A stretch of DNA of 49,177 nt from Nanohaloarchaea archaeon PL-Br10_U2g16 (GCA_001563995.1 LKMV01000001.1:1-49177), one strand, 5' to 3'; positions 1-10,564 are shown, numbered from the stretch's first letter. Program-made: numbers and translations. Notes: generated from the sequence alone by a model not told the origin.

Positions 1-1
1 C

Positions 2-658
2 ATGAAAGTATTACTTCTTACTGATATCCATGGCGATACAGAAAAGCTGGAGAAAATCGTAGAAAAAGAGGATTTTGACGCGGTTCTATGTGCAGGAGAT
101 CTCTCCGACAACAACGATTTTGATGACTACAGCTCTCAGCTTGAGGAAGTCTTAGACGTATTCGAACAACAGAGAGTGATGACTAAGGCCGTTCCAGGAA
201 ACATGGATCCTGAAGAGGAGTGTGTGAGACAGCTGATCGACAGGAGGATGAACATTCACAAAAAAATCGCCAGTTTTGAAGATTTCGAAGTAGTGGGTTA
301 CGGCGGAGGTATCACACCTTTTGGGACGCCGTTTGAACCTTCCGGAGAAGAGATATCCGAAGCTGTCTCCGCCCTGTATGAAAGGATGAACTCTGACAGA
401 CGTGTCGCAGTAGTACACCAACCGCCTAAGGATACCGAACTAGATCTTGCCGATGGAGAACATGTAGGTAGTAAAGAAGTTAGAGATATGATCGAAAACA
501 AAGACTTCGAGCTATTCTTGACCGGACATATCCATGAGTCAAGAGGAAGGGACAATATCGGCGACACCGAGTTAATCAACCCCGGACCTGTTATGGAAGG
601 GTACTACGGTATTGCTAAGTTCGGCGATGAACTGAATATTGAGATGAAATCCCTCTGA
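2..658 (+). CDS. Calcineurin-like metallophosphoesterase (MJ0936/YfcE-like)
   Basis: N-terminus LLTDIHGD, then AGDLSD, GNMD and GHIHE: the four phosphoesterase metal-binding motifs in canonical order. The ATG at position 2 gives a typical N-terminus for this family, so the gene is probably complete. Confidence 0.8.
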   Translation: MKVLLLTDIHGDTEKLEKIVEKEDFDAVLCAGDLSDNNDFDDYSSQLEEVLDVFEQQRVMTKAVPGNMDPEEECVRQLIDRRMNIHKKIASFEDFEVVGYGGGITPFGTPFEPSGEEISEAVSALYERMNSDRRVAVVHQPPKDTELDLADGEHVGSKEVRDMIENKDFELFLTGHIHESRGRDNIGDTELINPGPVMEGYYGIAKFGDELNIEMKSL

Positions 659-898
659 TAAAAAAGACAGAACTTCAACCCCCTTGCTTTTTCCATTATT
701 TTTCTACGACAGATTGCCAACTTACATGCAGACATCTGTACCAAAGAGGTGTCCCTCGACCCACGATCACTGAAAAAATATTGCAGAACCGGATTCACCC
801 CCCCTAAAACCCCCTAAACCTACCTAATATTTATAAGTGTCCTGTACACAATTTACATATAGAACGAACTATTTTGCATGAACGGAGGTGAACATTCA

Positions 899-1096
899 AT
901 GGCAGAACTACCACTTGCACCAGTCAAGAGAATTATCAAGCAGGCAGGAGCTCACAGAGTTTCTGAAGACGCAGTAGAAGAACTAAGAGACGAAGTAGAG
1001 GACTTCGCAGAAGAAAGAGCAAGAGACGCAAACGACCTAGCAGGTCACGCAGGAAGAAAGACAGTGCAAGCTGACGACGTAAAGGCTTCAAGATAA
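899..1096 (+). CDS. Archaeal histone (HMf-like histone fold), paralog A
   Basis: The ORF track starts at 878. The ATG at 899 is preceded by GGAGGTGA and gives MAELPLAPVKRIIKQAGAHRVSEDA...AGHAGRKTVQADDV, a typical archaeal histone fold of about 66 aa with the RKT motif. A TATA-like TTTATAAG lies at about 826-833. Confidence 0.85.
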   Translation: MAELPLAPVKRIIKQAGAHRVSEDAVEELRDEVEDFAEERARDANDLAGHAGRKTVQADDVKASR

Positions 1097-1135
1097 GCCT
1101 TTAAAAATTTCTTCTTCTTAATTTTCTTTTATTTT

Positions 1136-1891
1136 ATGCGACTTGAAAACAGTTTTATTCTAGCACCCGGCGTAGGGGAAAAGACCGAAAAAAAGCTTTG
1201 GAAGAAAGGTATAACCCATTGGGATGATTTAGAGGACAAAAGACCTCTGTCGGACACTAAACAGGAAAAAATAGAAGTATTTCTGGAAAAAGCCAGAAAA
1301 AACCTGGAAGTAAATAACAGCTATTTCTTCTCAAACAAGTTACCTAACAAAGAAAGCTGGAGGATTTACAAAAACTTCAGTGAAGACGCATGTTTCTTGG
1401 ATATCGAAACTACCGGTCTTGACAAGAAAAAGAACAAAGTCACAACCGTTGGAATACATAGAGCAGGAGATTCCAAAGTCTTGGTAAGAGATCAAGACCT
1501 TACACGTGAAAGACTGAAAAAAGAGATAGAAAAATCATCGATGCTAGTCAGTTTCAACGGAAAACGTTTTGATCAGCCTTTCCTAGAACACAACTTCGAT
1601 CTAAATATTGAGAGACCACATATCGATCTAATGTACCCATGCAAAAGGCTAGGTTATTCAGGAGGTCTGAAAAAGATAGAGAAACAGCTGGGTATCGAAA
1701 GAGATCTGGAGGATGTCGATGGAAGAGAAGCGGTAAGGCTCTGGAAGAGGTATGAAAACAAAGGAGATGAAGACGCGCTTCAGAAGCTAGTAAAGTATAA
1801 CAGATTTGATACAGAGAACCTTCAGAACCTGATAGAGACCGTGCACCGTCAGCTCAGGGAAGAGGTCTATAGACCACATGTGGAAGAGTAA
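1136..1891 (+). CDS. RNase H-like fold exonuclease (YprB/PF13482-like) with N-terminal helix-hairpin-helix
   Basis: N-terminus ILAPGVGEKTEKKLWKKGITHWDDL resembles an HhH motif. FLDIETTGL is a DEDD-type first exonuclease motif, and a later SFNGKRFDQPFL block follows. Family assignment is from memory of the domain pattern. Confidence 0.6.
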   Translation: MRLENSFILAPGVGEKTEKKLWKKGITHWDDLEDKRPLSDTKQEKIEVFLEKARKNLEVNNSYFFSNKLPNKESWRIYKNFSEDACFLDIETTGLDKKKNKVTTVGIHRAGDSKVLVRDQDLTRERLKKEIEKSSMLVSFNGKRFDQPFLEHNFDLNIERPHIDLMYPCKRLGYSGGLKKIEKQLGIERDLEDVDGREAVRLWKRYENKGDEDALQKLVKYNRFDTENLQNLIETVHRQLREEVYRPHVEE

Positions 1892-2540
1892 AACTAGAGC
1901 ATTTAGATTCTAAGCAGTAAAAGTACCTTACAGTACTTCAGTTGCTAAAGAAGCCGAACATTTATAAAACTCGGTCAACAAAGTAAGGATGAAAGATAAT
2001 GAAGGCCCTACAAAACAATCTATGGTCTGGCATGCATTCCAGGCAGATGTACTGCTTTGATAGGGCCAAGGCTATTTTCTATACCCCAATTAAAGTGCTG
2101 GCAGAATAGAGCGGGATGACGCCTTGGCTCCGGATCGGAGCCACACGCGAGCCGACCGCGAAAACACAAAACTTCTTGAGAGGATTTTCAACCTGTCATT
2201 CCTACGCTGTAGATCCTCAAAAAGGCGGTCTCTGCTTTAAGTGGAGGCCGTCTTCGGAACATATACAACCTCCAACAACCAGCTAAACAACACAAAAGGT
2301 GTCAACAATTCAAAACGCAAACACACGAGACTTTGAAGCCGAGCTACAAGCACAAGAAGAGCAGAACATGCCACAGAAACATCAGCTTTCAGAGCAGGCT
2401 ACAGTCTTAAGCGCAACAGCACTATAAGAAAGGGATAGTCCCAACCGGAGCCTATTTTTCCCGTTTATCGGCTATTAGTCTTTTTGCTCTACCTCCGGTC
2501 TACAGGGAACATCCCTGTCACCCTTACGCCTTTTTTCTTT

Positions 2541-3026
2541 TTATTTCATAGCAGCCGACTCGTAGGCCGCCCAACCGTTCGCCATCGAATCTAGTATTGA
2601 CGTAAATGTTCTACACGGCTTGATAACTTTTCTACGGCCTTGATCACCTTCTTTTCTATCCCTGTACTCCAGATACTCGTACTTTATCACTCCAAGTCTT
2701 CTCAACTTCGGCAGTATATTATTTTTCAGGTTACTCTTTCCCTTTTCATGTCCCCATTCATCGAACGAGTTTAGCTTTTCCGAATCAATCTCCCCCTCCT
2801 CTTTTAGCTCCCTGAGGAAGATCTTCGCATACTTGTTTCTCCTAGGAGACTGTTCCTCCGGAAAGAAAAGATCCACTAACTTTTCCCAGTTCCAGGCCCG
2901 CTCACTTCTTTTGAACTTCTGCTGATCCTCCGGTATAGCCATAGAATGTTTGGTAACGATAGTAGAGGTTTTTCTAGCAGTTTCATCCACAAAAGGATGT
3001 TTCTTGTCTCCCTGATCTTCAGACAT
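2541..3026 (-). CDS. Hypothetical protein (basic, 161 aa)
   Basis: Long ORF between the exonuclease gene and grpE. No motif recognised. Confidence 0.5.
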   Translation of the reverse strand: MSEDQGDKKHPFVDETARKTSTIVTKHSMAIPEDQQKFKRSERAWNWEKLVDLFFPEEQSPRRNKYAKIFLRELKEEGEIDSEKLNSFDEWGHEKGKSNLKNNILPKLRRLGVIKYEYLEYRDRKEGDQGRRKVIKPCRTFTSILDSMANGWAAYESAAMK

Positions 3027-3094
3027 AACAACTTCTTAACAAAGAAAGTATATTAAAGCTCGGAGTTAAAAATCTCACACAGCTGAACTTCAGT

Positions 3095-3598
3095 ATGAAC
3101 TACGAAGAACTCTCCCAGGAAGAACTGATTGAAGCTCTGGAAACCCTGGAAAAAGAAGCTCTAGAGCTAGAGCAGGAAAGAGATGAATGGGAAGAGAAAG
3201 CAAAGAAAGCTAGAGCAGATTTTGAAAACTATAAGAAGGAGGAAGATGAGCGGAAGCAGAGATGGGAGAAAAATGCACAGGAAAAACTAGCCGAAGATAT
3301 GATAGAGATAATGGACAACCTTGAGAGAGCAATCGCCTCAGCCGATGAAAATTCTGGCGTGGTACAAGGAGTTAAAATGGTAGCCGACCAGCTGTTTGAA
3401 GAGCTGAGGAAGAGAGGTCTGGAAAAAATCGATGCAGAAGGAGAAGAGTTTGATCCGGAGTTACACAAAGCTGTGGATACAGAGGAACACGAGAAAGATA
3501 ATCACGTACTGGAACAGAAAAGAAAAGGTTATATGTTTGATGAAAAGGTTTTAAGGGAGGCAGAAGTAATCGTGGGAAAAAATTACACCAAGAACTAG
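3095..3598 (+). CDS. grpE: GrpE nucleotide exchange factor
   Basis: A coiled-coil N-terminus is followed by ADFENYKKE and FDPELHKAV, both hallmark GrpE motifs. Confidence 0.9.
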   Translation: MNYEELSQEELIEALETLEKEALELEQERDEWEEKAKKARADFENYKKEEDERKQRWEKNAQEKLAEDMIEIMDNLERAIASADENSGVVQGVKMVADQLFEELRKRGLEKIDAEGEEFDPELHKAVDTEEHEKDNHVLEQKRKGYMFDEKVLREAEVIVGKNYTKN

Positions 3599-4407
3599 TC
3601 CTGAATCTTCTCCATTTCACTGATAGCTACTTCTAGCAACCTTTCATCCATTTTTATCTCGTATGTCCCTTTACAGTACTTTTCCAGTAAGTTAAAATCT
3701 GTAAGAGACGACACCTGCCTGCTTCTTATAGATCGATCAAAACCAATATATGAATCTTTAAGAGGATCTTCTAAAATCTCTTTTGATCTCTCAAGAATAG
3801 AGAAAAACTTATCAAAACCGGTTGGGTCATCCGAAAGGCGTTCTATCATCTCAAATATTAAAATTTCATCCTCGGAGGCTTCATACAGTCTTTCACGCCC
3901 AGAAGGAATTTTTTTGAAAATATCCCCTCTACAGTCTAAACCGTCTTCAATTATTTCCTTAGTCATATAGAATGCCTGAAGGTAACTGTCTCTCGGTATT
4001 GATTTGTCCTCACCAAACCTATAATTTTCAGAGGCTGCAACTGTTTTGCCTGTTACTTCCGATAAATCCGAGTTGGAATATGGAAGAAGCAGGTATTTTC
4101 TGAAGTCGTCTTCTAAACTGACATAGTCCTCTCCCCTCCACTGTTTCTCTTCTCTCACATAAACTTCAGGATCTTTAAAACTGTAATCAGACTGAGACAA
4201 CTCCTTCAGCGTTGTCGCTAGACTAACACTCATTGAACCGGCTTCATGGTTCAAATGGCGGTTTATTGCTTTGCTTTCTACCACTGTTTCAGGCAAACAT
4301 TTTCCTAGCTGAGATTTACCGCAGCCGTGCTCAGCTCTCTCAATCAAATTACTAACTTCTCTATTGCTTATATCCCAGTAATATCTATTCATCAAGTTTT
4401 TTGTCAC
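3595..4407 (-). CDS. Hypothetical protein (270 aa) inserted antisense between grpE and dnaK
   Basis: Long ORF with acidic composition matching its neighbours. Contains EHGCGKSQLGKC but no recognised domain. Confidence 0.55.
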   Translation of the reverse strand: MTKNLMNRYYWDISNREVSNLIERAEHGCGKSQLGKCLPETVVESKAINRHLNHEAGSMSVSLATTLKELSQSDYSFKDPEVYVREEKQWRGEDYVSLEDDFRKYLLLPYSNSDLSEVTGKTVAASENYRFGEDKSIPRDSYLQAFYMTKEIIEDGLDCRGDIFKKIPSGRERLYEASEDEILIFEMIERLSDDPTGFDKFFSILERSKEILEDPLKDSYIGFDRSIRSRQVSSLTDFNLLEKYCKGTYEIKMDERLLEVAISEMEKIQD

Positions 4408-4509
4408 TCTTAAATTATAAAAACATATGAGGTTGAAAGTTCTGTTATACCAATCAGCCCCGTTTAAAATTTTTATTCACGTAAACAAAAAATAGGTGGC
4501 TTTTAACCC

Positions 4510-6429
4510 ATGTCAAAGATAATCGGTATCGACTTAGGTACAACAAGAAGCGCTATGGCTTCTATCAAAGATGGAGAACCAAAAATAATTGAAAATCAGG
4601 AAGGAGAAAGAATAACACCGTCAGTGGTGGCGTTTGATGACGGTGAAAGGCTGGTAGGAAAGCCGGCGAAGAATCAGATGTTGACAAACGAGGAAAACAC
4701 CGTAAAGTCTATCAAGAGACATATGGGAGACGACTATGAGGTAGAGCTTGACGGAGAAAGTTATAATCCGCAACAGATCTCCTCTATGATTCTACAGAAA
4801 CTTAAAAACGATGCGGAGGATAAGCTAGGAGATGATGTAGAGAAAGCTGTAATCACAGTACCGGCACATTTCAACGATGCCCAGAGACAGGCAACAAAGG
4901 ATGCAGGAGAGATTGCAGGACTGGAAGTAGAGAGAATTCTAAATGAGCCGACCGCAGCAGCTCTCGCATACGGACTGGACGATGACCAGGACAAGACTAT
5001 CCTTGTATACGACTTCGGAGGAGGAACCTTCGATGTTACAGTATTGGAGATCGGAGACGATATCTACGAAGTACAGAGTACTGAAGGAGACAACGGCTTG
5101 GGAGGAGACGACTTTGACCAGGAGATAATCGACTGGGTGCTTGAAAAGTTCGAAGACGAGAACGGAATCGATCTTTCGGAGAACGATGAAGCGCTTCAGA
5201 GAATCAGGGAAAACGCTGAAGAAGCAAAGAAAGAACTGTCCTCGAGAAAACAGACAAAGATCAACATACCTTTCATCCACCAGGAAGATGGAGAGACATA
5301 CAATATAGACTACGAGCTGACTCGTTCCAAGTTTGAAGATCTAGTAGAAGATCTTATCCAGAGGACAACGGACCCTACAGAGAAGGCTATAGACGACGCA
5401 GGTATCGACAAAAGCGATCTGGATGAAGTCATTCTTGTCGGAGGAACCACAAGGGTTCCAGCTGTAAGAGAACATGTACAGGCAATCACAGGAATGGAGC
5501 CAAACAAGGAAATCTCACCTGATGAAGCAGTAGCTATGGGAGCTTCTATTCAGGCAGGATCGATCAGTGGCGAGATGGACGACCTGCTTCTACTGGACGT
5601 AGCACCTCTTTCACTAGGTGTAGAGGTGAAAGGAGGGCTTACCGAGACCTTGATTGAGGAGAACACAACTATCCCTGCAGAAGAGTCAAAGACATTTACT
5701 ACAGCCCAGAACAACCAGACCATGGTAACCGTGCATGTAGTCCAAGGAGAGAGGGAGATGGCAAAGGACAACAAGTCCCTAGGGCAGTTCAACCTTCAGG
5801 GAATACCGCCGGCTGCCGCTGGACAGCCTCAGATCGAGGTAACATTTGAGATCGATGCCGATGGAATCCTGAACGTTTCCGCAGAAGAACAGCAGAGCGG
5901 TGAAGAAGCCTCTATCTCCATCGACGATGCCTCCAGGCTTGAAGACGAAGAGATCGAGGATATGAAAGAAGAAGCTGAGAAACATGAGGAAGAAGACAAA
6001 AAGAAGAGAGAGTTCATCGAGACCAAGAACAAGGCTGACACCATTATCTCACAGGCGGAATCTCAGATGGAGAACTTTGAAGATCAGATTGAGGACGAAT
6101 CAGTATTTGAATCAATCGAAGAAGCGATGGAAGATGTAGAAGAAGCAAAGGAAGAAGCCGAAGAGATAGATGATCTTGAGGAAGCAAAGGAAGTTCTTGA
6201 CGATGCGATCGAACAGCTTGAACAGGAGCTTCAGCAGATCGGCCAGGAGATGTACGGCGGAGAAGGACAAGGAGCCCCAGGAGGCTTTGATCCAAGTAAC
6301 ATGTCCGAGGAAGACTTGAAAGAAGCAGCCCAGAACATGGGAGGAGCAGCTCCGGGATCATCGGGAGAGGAGGAAGTAGTAGACGCAGATTACGAAGAAG
6401 TAGATACCGATGAGGATAAAGAGGAGTAA
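4510..6429 (+). CDS. dnaK: Hsp70 chaperone DnaK
   Basis: [20 protein letters not shown] and [11 protein letters not shown] are the Hsp70 signature motifs. A long acidic C-terminal tail ends EEVD-like ([15 protein letters not shown]). Confidence 0.97.
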   Translation: MSKIIGIDLGTTRSAMASIKDGEPKIIENQEGERITPSVVAFDDGERLVGKPAKNQMLTNEENTVKSIKRHMGDDYEVELDGESYNPQQISSMILQKLKNDAEDKLGDDVEKAVITVPAHFNDAQRQATKDAGEIAGLEVERILNEPTAAALAYGLDDDQDKTILVYDFGGGTFDVTVLEIGDDIYEVQSTEGDNGLGGDDFDQEIIDWVLEKFEDENGIDLSENDEALQRIRENAEEAKKELSSRKQTKINIPFIHQEDGETYNIDYELTRSKFEDLVEDLIQRTTDPTEKAIDDAGIDKSDLDEVILVGGTTRVPAVREHVQAITGMEPNKEISPDEAVAMGASIQAGSISGEMDDLLLLDVAPLSLGVEVKGGLTETLIEENTTIPAEESKTFTTAQNNQTMVTVHVVQGEREMAKDNKSLGQFNLQGIPPAAAGQPQIEVTFEIDADGILNVSAEEQQSGEEASISIDDASRLEDEEIEDMKEEAEKHEEEDKKKREFIETKNKADTIISQAESQMENFEDQIEDESVFESIEEAMEDVEEAKEEAEEIDDLEEAKEVLDDAIEQLEQELQQIGQEMYGGEGQGAPGGFDPSNMSEEDLKEAAQNMGGAAPGSSGEEEVVDADYEEVDTDEDKEE

Positions 6430-6504
6430 TCTTCCTCACCTTTTTCCTTAATTTCTGTCCGGCAGGGTTTTTCTAATATAATATTTCAGAGATATTAGTT
6501 AGAT

Positions 6505-6759
6505 ATGAAAGAAACAGATACCGACCTAGATCTAGATGCTGACGATGTTTACACAGATCCGGACCAGGCTATCGGCTACATAGATTCAAATTACTCTCTA
6601 GAGGAAAAAGAAGAAAAAGACGTGCTAAAGATAACAAGAGGTCATCTAAACCAGAAAGGTGTTATAGAAAGAGATGAGCTGGACGAGCTAGTGGAACATG
6701 CCCAAAATCTTTCCGGAGAGTCGGAGATGATAGATTCCCTGGACTATTCCCAGCTCTGA
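6505..6759 (+). CDS. Small acidic hypothetical protein (84 aa)
   Basis: ORF between dnaK and dnaJ. It is highly acidic and no domain is recognised. Confidence 0.4.
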   Translation: MKETDTDLDLDADDVYTDPDQAIGYIDSNYSLEEKEEKDVLKITRGHLNQKGVIERDELDELVEHAQNLSGESEMIDSLDYSQL

Positions 6760-6829
6760 CCGACAAATTACCTAGACTCCGAGAAAGGTATCAAGATTTA
6801 AAGGTTTTAATGAAGTCAACAAAAATAAG

Positions 6830-7921
6830 ATGGGGAAAGAATACTACGACATTTTGGGAGTCTCAGAAGACGCTTCCCAAGATGAGATAAAGAAAGCGTA
6901 CAGAAAAAAAGCGAAGAAGTACCATCCTGACTCCAACTCGGATACTGCTGATGAGGATAAGTTTAAGAAGATCAATAAGGCGTATGATGTTCTTTCAGAT
7001 GAAGATAAACGTAAGAAATACGATCAGTTCGGTAAACAAGGCGTGGAAGGTCACGCCGATAGAGGTCAGAGAAGAGCCGCCTCCAACTTCCAGGATATAT
7101 TTGAACAGATCTTCGGCGGCGGAGGCTTTGGAGGCGGTAGACGGAGAAAGAAGCAGAAAGGAAAAGATCTAAAAATACATACCACTATCAGCTTGGAAGA
7201 AGCTTATACCGGTGTTGAAAAGACATTTGAAGTCAGCAGAAAAAAAGAATGTCAGGAATGTAACGGTTCAGGAGCGGAGAACGGTAATACATCACAGTGT
7301 TCAGAATGTAGAGGTAGAGGAAAAGTTAGAGAAGTTCAACGTACGCCTCTAGGCAGGGCAGAGACAGTTACCGAATGTTCTAGATGTGAAGGAACGGGAA
7401 AGATTCCTGACCAGAAATGCTCTGAATGCAACGGCAAAGGGGTTAAAGAACAGGAAGAGACCGTCACGGTAGAAGTGCCTGAAGGTGTTAAAGACGGTCA
7501 GAGGCTAAGGGTTCGTGACAAAGGAAACGCTGTCAGAAACGGAAGAAACGGAGATCTCTACGTCTATGTAAATATCGAGGAACATCCTGAGCTGGAGAGA
7601 AAAGACGAAGACCTGTTTACAACGGTAAAAGTCGGGGTAGGAGACCTGACATTGGGTAAGACCGTTGAGATCGACCATCCTGATTCAAAGATAGAGTTCG
7701 ACATACCTGAAGGAACCCAGCCAAACCAGGTTTTAAGGTTGAAAGGTAAAGGCATGCCGTCAAGATCTAGGAGAAAAAGCCACGGAGACCTTTATATTAA
7801 AATCGATCTTGAAATTCCTGAAGATATCTCTGACGAGGATGAAGAAGTATTTGAGAAGTTTAGGAAAGAACCTGGAAGCGAAAAAACGTTCTTTGAGTCC
7901 GTTAAGGACTTTATAAACTAA
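6830..7921 (+). CDS. dnaJ: Hsp40 co-chaperone DnaJ
   Basis: J-domain KEYYDILGV...[14 protein letters not shown], a G/F-rich linker, and four CxxCxGxG zinc-finger repeats ([32 protein letters not shown]). Confidence 0.95.
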   Translation: MGKEYYDILGVSEDASQDEIKKAYRKKAKKYHPDSNSDTADEDKFKKINKAYDVLSDEDKRKKYDQFGKQGVEGHADRGQRRAASNFQDIFEQIFGGGGFGGGRRRKKQKGKDLKIHTTISLEEAYTGVEKTFEVSRKKECQECNGSGAENGNTSQCSECRGRGKVREVQRTPLGRAETVTECSRCEGTGKIPDQKCSECNGKGVKEQEETVTVEVPEGVKDGQRLRVRDKGNAVRNGRNGDLYVYVNIEEHPELERKDEDLFTTVKVGVGDLTLGKTVEIDHPDSKIEFDIPEGTQPNQVLRLKGKGMPSRSRRKSHGDLYIKIDLEIPEDISDEDEEVFEKFRKEPGSEKTFFESVKDFIN

Positions 7922-8890
7922 TCAGTTTTCAAGCATCTGGTTTGCTTGTTTAAGTTCAGCACCTGTAACCGTTTCGCCCTTTTGATGGCCAGAATCAAGC
8001 GTACCGTACTCATCAGCTTCGTGTACGCCGTGACAGCCTTCACAGACATGGTAAGTTTGGTCTTCCTCTATTTCGTTGACATCTACAGAAGACATTATAT
8101 CCTGCTGAGTCTCATTGTACTCTCCAAGGTCAACCTGGTTGTCAAACATGCCGTTCTGGTCCTGAAAGCCGTTGTCGTCTTCGAAAGAGTTACCTAGATC
8201 TAACTCCTGTGATACAGGGTCTTGGTCATCTCCAGCCATCTCCTCATAACCGGCTTCCATACTTTCCTCATAACTCTGTTCGACAACAGTTTCAGCATCC
8301 GAGTAACTCTCCTCCATTATTACATCATCTTCAACACCCATCGGATCCATAGACTCCATTGAGCCTATTGCATCCTCATATCCGCCGATTTCGTCTACCA
8401 TATCCTCATATCCTTCAGATATTCCTTCTCCGTAACCTTCCTCAGTCATATAATCTCCTTCAAAAGCATCCAGACTATCTAAAGCCTGTCCTAGAGCCTT
8501 GGAAGCGTCTTCATAGTCTAAATCAAGGTCATCTCCGTATCCTTCCTCTCCACCGTAAGAAGCCACAGTCTCAATAAACTCTTCTATATCTTCAGACTCC
8601 TTGAAAAGGTCTTCAAGTTCTATACTTTCCTCTCCAGAACCTTCATTGGACCCTTCATCCGAGTCCTTTGACTCTTCTTTTGAGATTTCAGGGCTGAAAT
8701 CAATCTCCTCCGAATCATCTAGCTCAGCTGCCTTTTTAATTTCCTCTATATCTATATCCATACCTATATTATCTAGAAAATCTTCTAAGATCTCATTTAG
8801 ATCTTCTCCGTCTTTTTCGGCTAGTTTTAGGACCTCCTCAAGTTCGGAAGGCTGCCTCTCAGTACCTTCCATAGTTTTTAATTCTTCCAT
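7922..8890 (-). CDS. Extremely acidic hypothetical protein with C-terminal Cys/His cluster
   Basis: 322 aa dominated by D/E. The C-terminus carries HVCEGCHGVHEADEYG, a possible metal or zinc site. Confidence 0.55.
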   Translation of the reverse strand: MEELKTMEGTERQPSELEEVLKLAEKDGEDLNEILEDFLDNIGMDIDIEEIKKAAELDDSEEIDFSPEISKEESKDSDEGSNEGSGEESIELEDLFKESEDIEEFIETVASYGGEEGYGDDLDLDYEDASKALGQALDSLDAFEGDYMTEEGYGEGISEGYEDMVDEIGGYEDAIGSMESMDPMGVEDDVIMEESYSDAETVVEQSYEESMEAGYEEMAGDDQDPVSQELDLGNSFEDDNGFQDQNGMFDNQVDLGEYNETQQDIMSSVDVNEIEEDQTYHVCEGCHGVHEADEYGTLDSGHQKGETVTGAELKQANQMLEN

Positions 8891-8946
8891 GTTATTAACC
8901 TAGACATTATATTTTATTAAAGGCCTTACTGTCAGATACCTAAGAA

Positions 8947-10149
8947 CTAAGTACCACCATATAGAATCTTTATACCTTCTTCATCGGAATCCTCAGACTC
9001 AACCAGATTTTTGAACTCTTCATAGCTTTCCTCTATCTCTTCTTCAGGCTCATACTCATCTGTCTTCTTCTTAGCCGCCAGGCCTCCTGCAACTGCTCCT
9101 ATGGCTCCAGCAGCTAAACCTCCTGTCAAAGCTCCGGCAACCCCGCCTAAAAAGTATCCTGCAGCTGCTCCCGCAGCCGATCCAGCTGCCGCGCCACCTA
9201 AAGCATACTTGCCTAAATCTCCGGATAGGATATCCTCTACATCATCAAGCTCGATATCATCCGGGCCCAGCACCAGATCTCCATCTTCAAAGTAGTTAAG
9301 AAGGCTCTCATCCCCTAGCTCTGTGCAGAGGGCATCGTACTGCTTGATGGTTATATCGCTGGCATCCGCTATAGTATAGAACTCTTCCTCAGGCTCTTCT
9401 CCATGGTCGTGATCACAGTCACCATGATCGTGTTCGTCGTGTTCTTCACCGCTTTCTTCGTGATCCTCACCATGGCTTTCATCCTCATGGTCGTCACCGT
9501 GGTCGTGACCTTCTTCACCTTCGTCTCCATGTTCATGTTCCTCATCTTGTCCTTCGTCATGGCCGTGTTCCTCTTCCTCATGTCCGTCTTCACCGTCATC
9601 GTGATCCTCACCATGACTTTCATCCTCATGGTCGTCACCATGGTCTTCTCCGTTATCCGCTCCTCCGGAGTACTCAAACTCTATCTCAGGAGTATACCTT
9701 TCCATACCATCGTTCTCCATCCTGTAATGGAAGCTGTAACTGCCATCCTCCTCAGGCTTCAAAGTATGTTCGTACATACTGTCTCCTTCCAGAACTTCAA
9801 CGCCGTCATCCGTTATAAGCTCCAGATCATCAAGCTCTAGAATTTTCTGCTCTTTATCCAGATAACTTTCATCGTCAAATATCTTTGGATGGCCCGAAGG
9901 TTCAATCTCAAGATCTATCTCTCCTTCTGCTTCAGCCTCCGTATCATGCCAATGTTCCGTATCACCGTGTTCATCGCTGTTACAGAGATCTGTGCTTTCC
10001 CCGGAGCCGAAAAGTTCGTCAGAGAATAACCTAAGGTCCGCAAGCCCTAGAGTATCTCCTAGATCCAACTCTCCTTCTTCATCCTTATCAAGCTTCCTGT
10101 GGTAAAGGATTCTGTCCTCTTCCTTGAAGTCTATAGCTTCCGAGCTCAT
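8947..10149 (-). CDS. Acidic His-rich repeat protein with C-terminal Gly/Ala glycine-zipper membrane segment
   Basis: Central HGDDHEDESHGEDH-type His/Asp/Glu repeats are encoded by a near-perfect DNA direct repeat of about 40 bp (9467-9505 and 9609-9647). A GGAAAGSAAGAAAGYFLGGVAGALTGGLAAGAIGAVAGGLAAKKK glycine-zipper-like hydrophobic segment lies near the C-terminus. Confidence 0.6.
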   Translation of the reverse strand: MSSEAIDFKEEDRILYHRKLDKDEEGELDLGDTLGLADLRLFSDELFGSGESTDLCNSDEHGDTEHWHDTEAEAEGEIDLEIEPSGHPKIFDDESYLDKEQKILELDDLELITDDGVEVLEGDSMYEHTLKPEEDGSYSFHYRMENDGMERYTPEIEFEYSGGADNGEDHGDDHEDESHGEDHDDGEDGHEEEEHGHDEGQDEEHEHGDEGEEGHDHGDDHEDESHGEDHEESGEEHDEHDHGDCDHDHGEEPEEEFYTIADASDITIKQYDALCTELGDESLLNYFEDGDLVLGPDDIELDDVEDILSGDLGKYALGGAAAGSAAGAAAGYFLGGVAGALTGGLAAGAIGAVAGGLAAKKKTDEYEPEEEIEESYEEFKNLVESEDSDEEGIKILYGGT

Positions 10150-10180
10150 TTTTTAATTATCTTGATGTTTTTCCACGGTT

Positions 10181-10564
10181 TTAGTCAAAAGTTACCTCGA
10201 ATTTTGGCGATCTATAAGTACCGAGACATAAATGGTATTCTCCCTCATCCAGACTATCTATCTCTAGTCTTGCTGTAGAAGATCCCTGATTTGGCGTTAA
10301 TGAGGACGCTAATGGCTCATTGCCATTTGTGTCTTCCAGCCAAACCTCTATATCCTCATCGTTAGGATCAAGAATTCTTCCATCACCATAAAAACGTACA
10401 TCGGATTCATATAAATCCTCATCGGTAGTTATCTGTCCTTTATCTAAGCCATTACCTCCATGCATTCTCCTACAACCGTCCCCACAGGCATAAATCTCCT
10501 CATTATGATCTAATATTTCTACCTTTTGTACGTTGTCGCCTAGTTTATCATTTCTGTAGTTCAT
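10181..10564 (-). CDS. Hypothetical protein (127 aa)
   Basis: ORF with matching acidic composition; no motif recognised. Confidence 0.5.
   Translation of the reverse strand: MNYRNDKLGDNVQKVEILDHNEEIYACGDGCRRMHGGNGLDKGQITTDEDLYESDVRFYGDGRILDPNDEDIEVWLEDTNGNEPLASSLTPNQGSSTARLEIDSLDEGEYHLCLGTYRSPKFEVTFD

Noticed and set aside
669-692. AACCCCCTTGCTTTTTCCAT upstream of histone A, resembling the G-string half of an ORB
   Set aside because: It matches only the ACCCC-TTG portion. The TTTCnnnTGGAA half is absent, so it is not counted as an ORB.
2036-2060. CCAGGCAGATG resembling the SRP RNA helix-8 region (AAGGCAGAUGAC in E. coli 4.5S)
   Set aside because: It is a short partial match with no surrounding GGAAG/GNRA apical loop. 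It is insufficient to call an SRP RNA by eye and is kept only as part of the ncRNA-candidate gap.
6044-6439. 131-aa Leu/Pro/Arg-rich ORF antisense to the dnaK 3' end
   Set aside because: It is a shadow ORF of the acidic DnaK tail with low-complexity composition.
9369-9840. Two overlapping ORFs (102 aa on the minus strand, 145 aa on the plus strand) inside the His-rich acidic gene
   Set aside because: They arise from the repetitive GAT/GAA/CAT codon tract. Their products are implausible poly-Thr/Met/Val or poly-Phe/Val sequences. The 400-aa frame is the coherent one.
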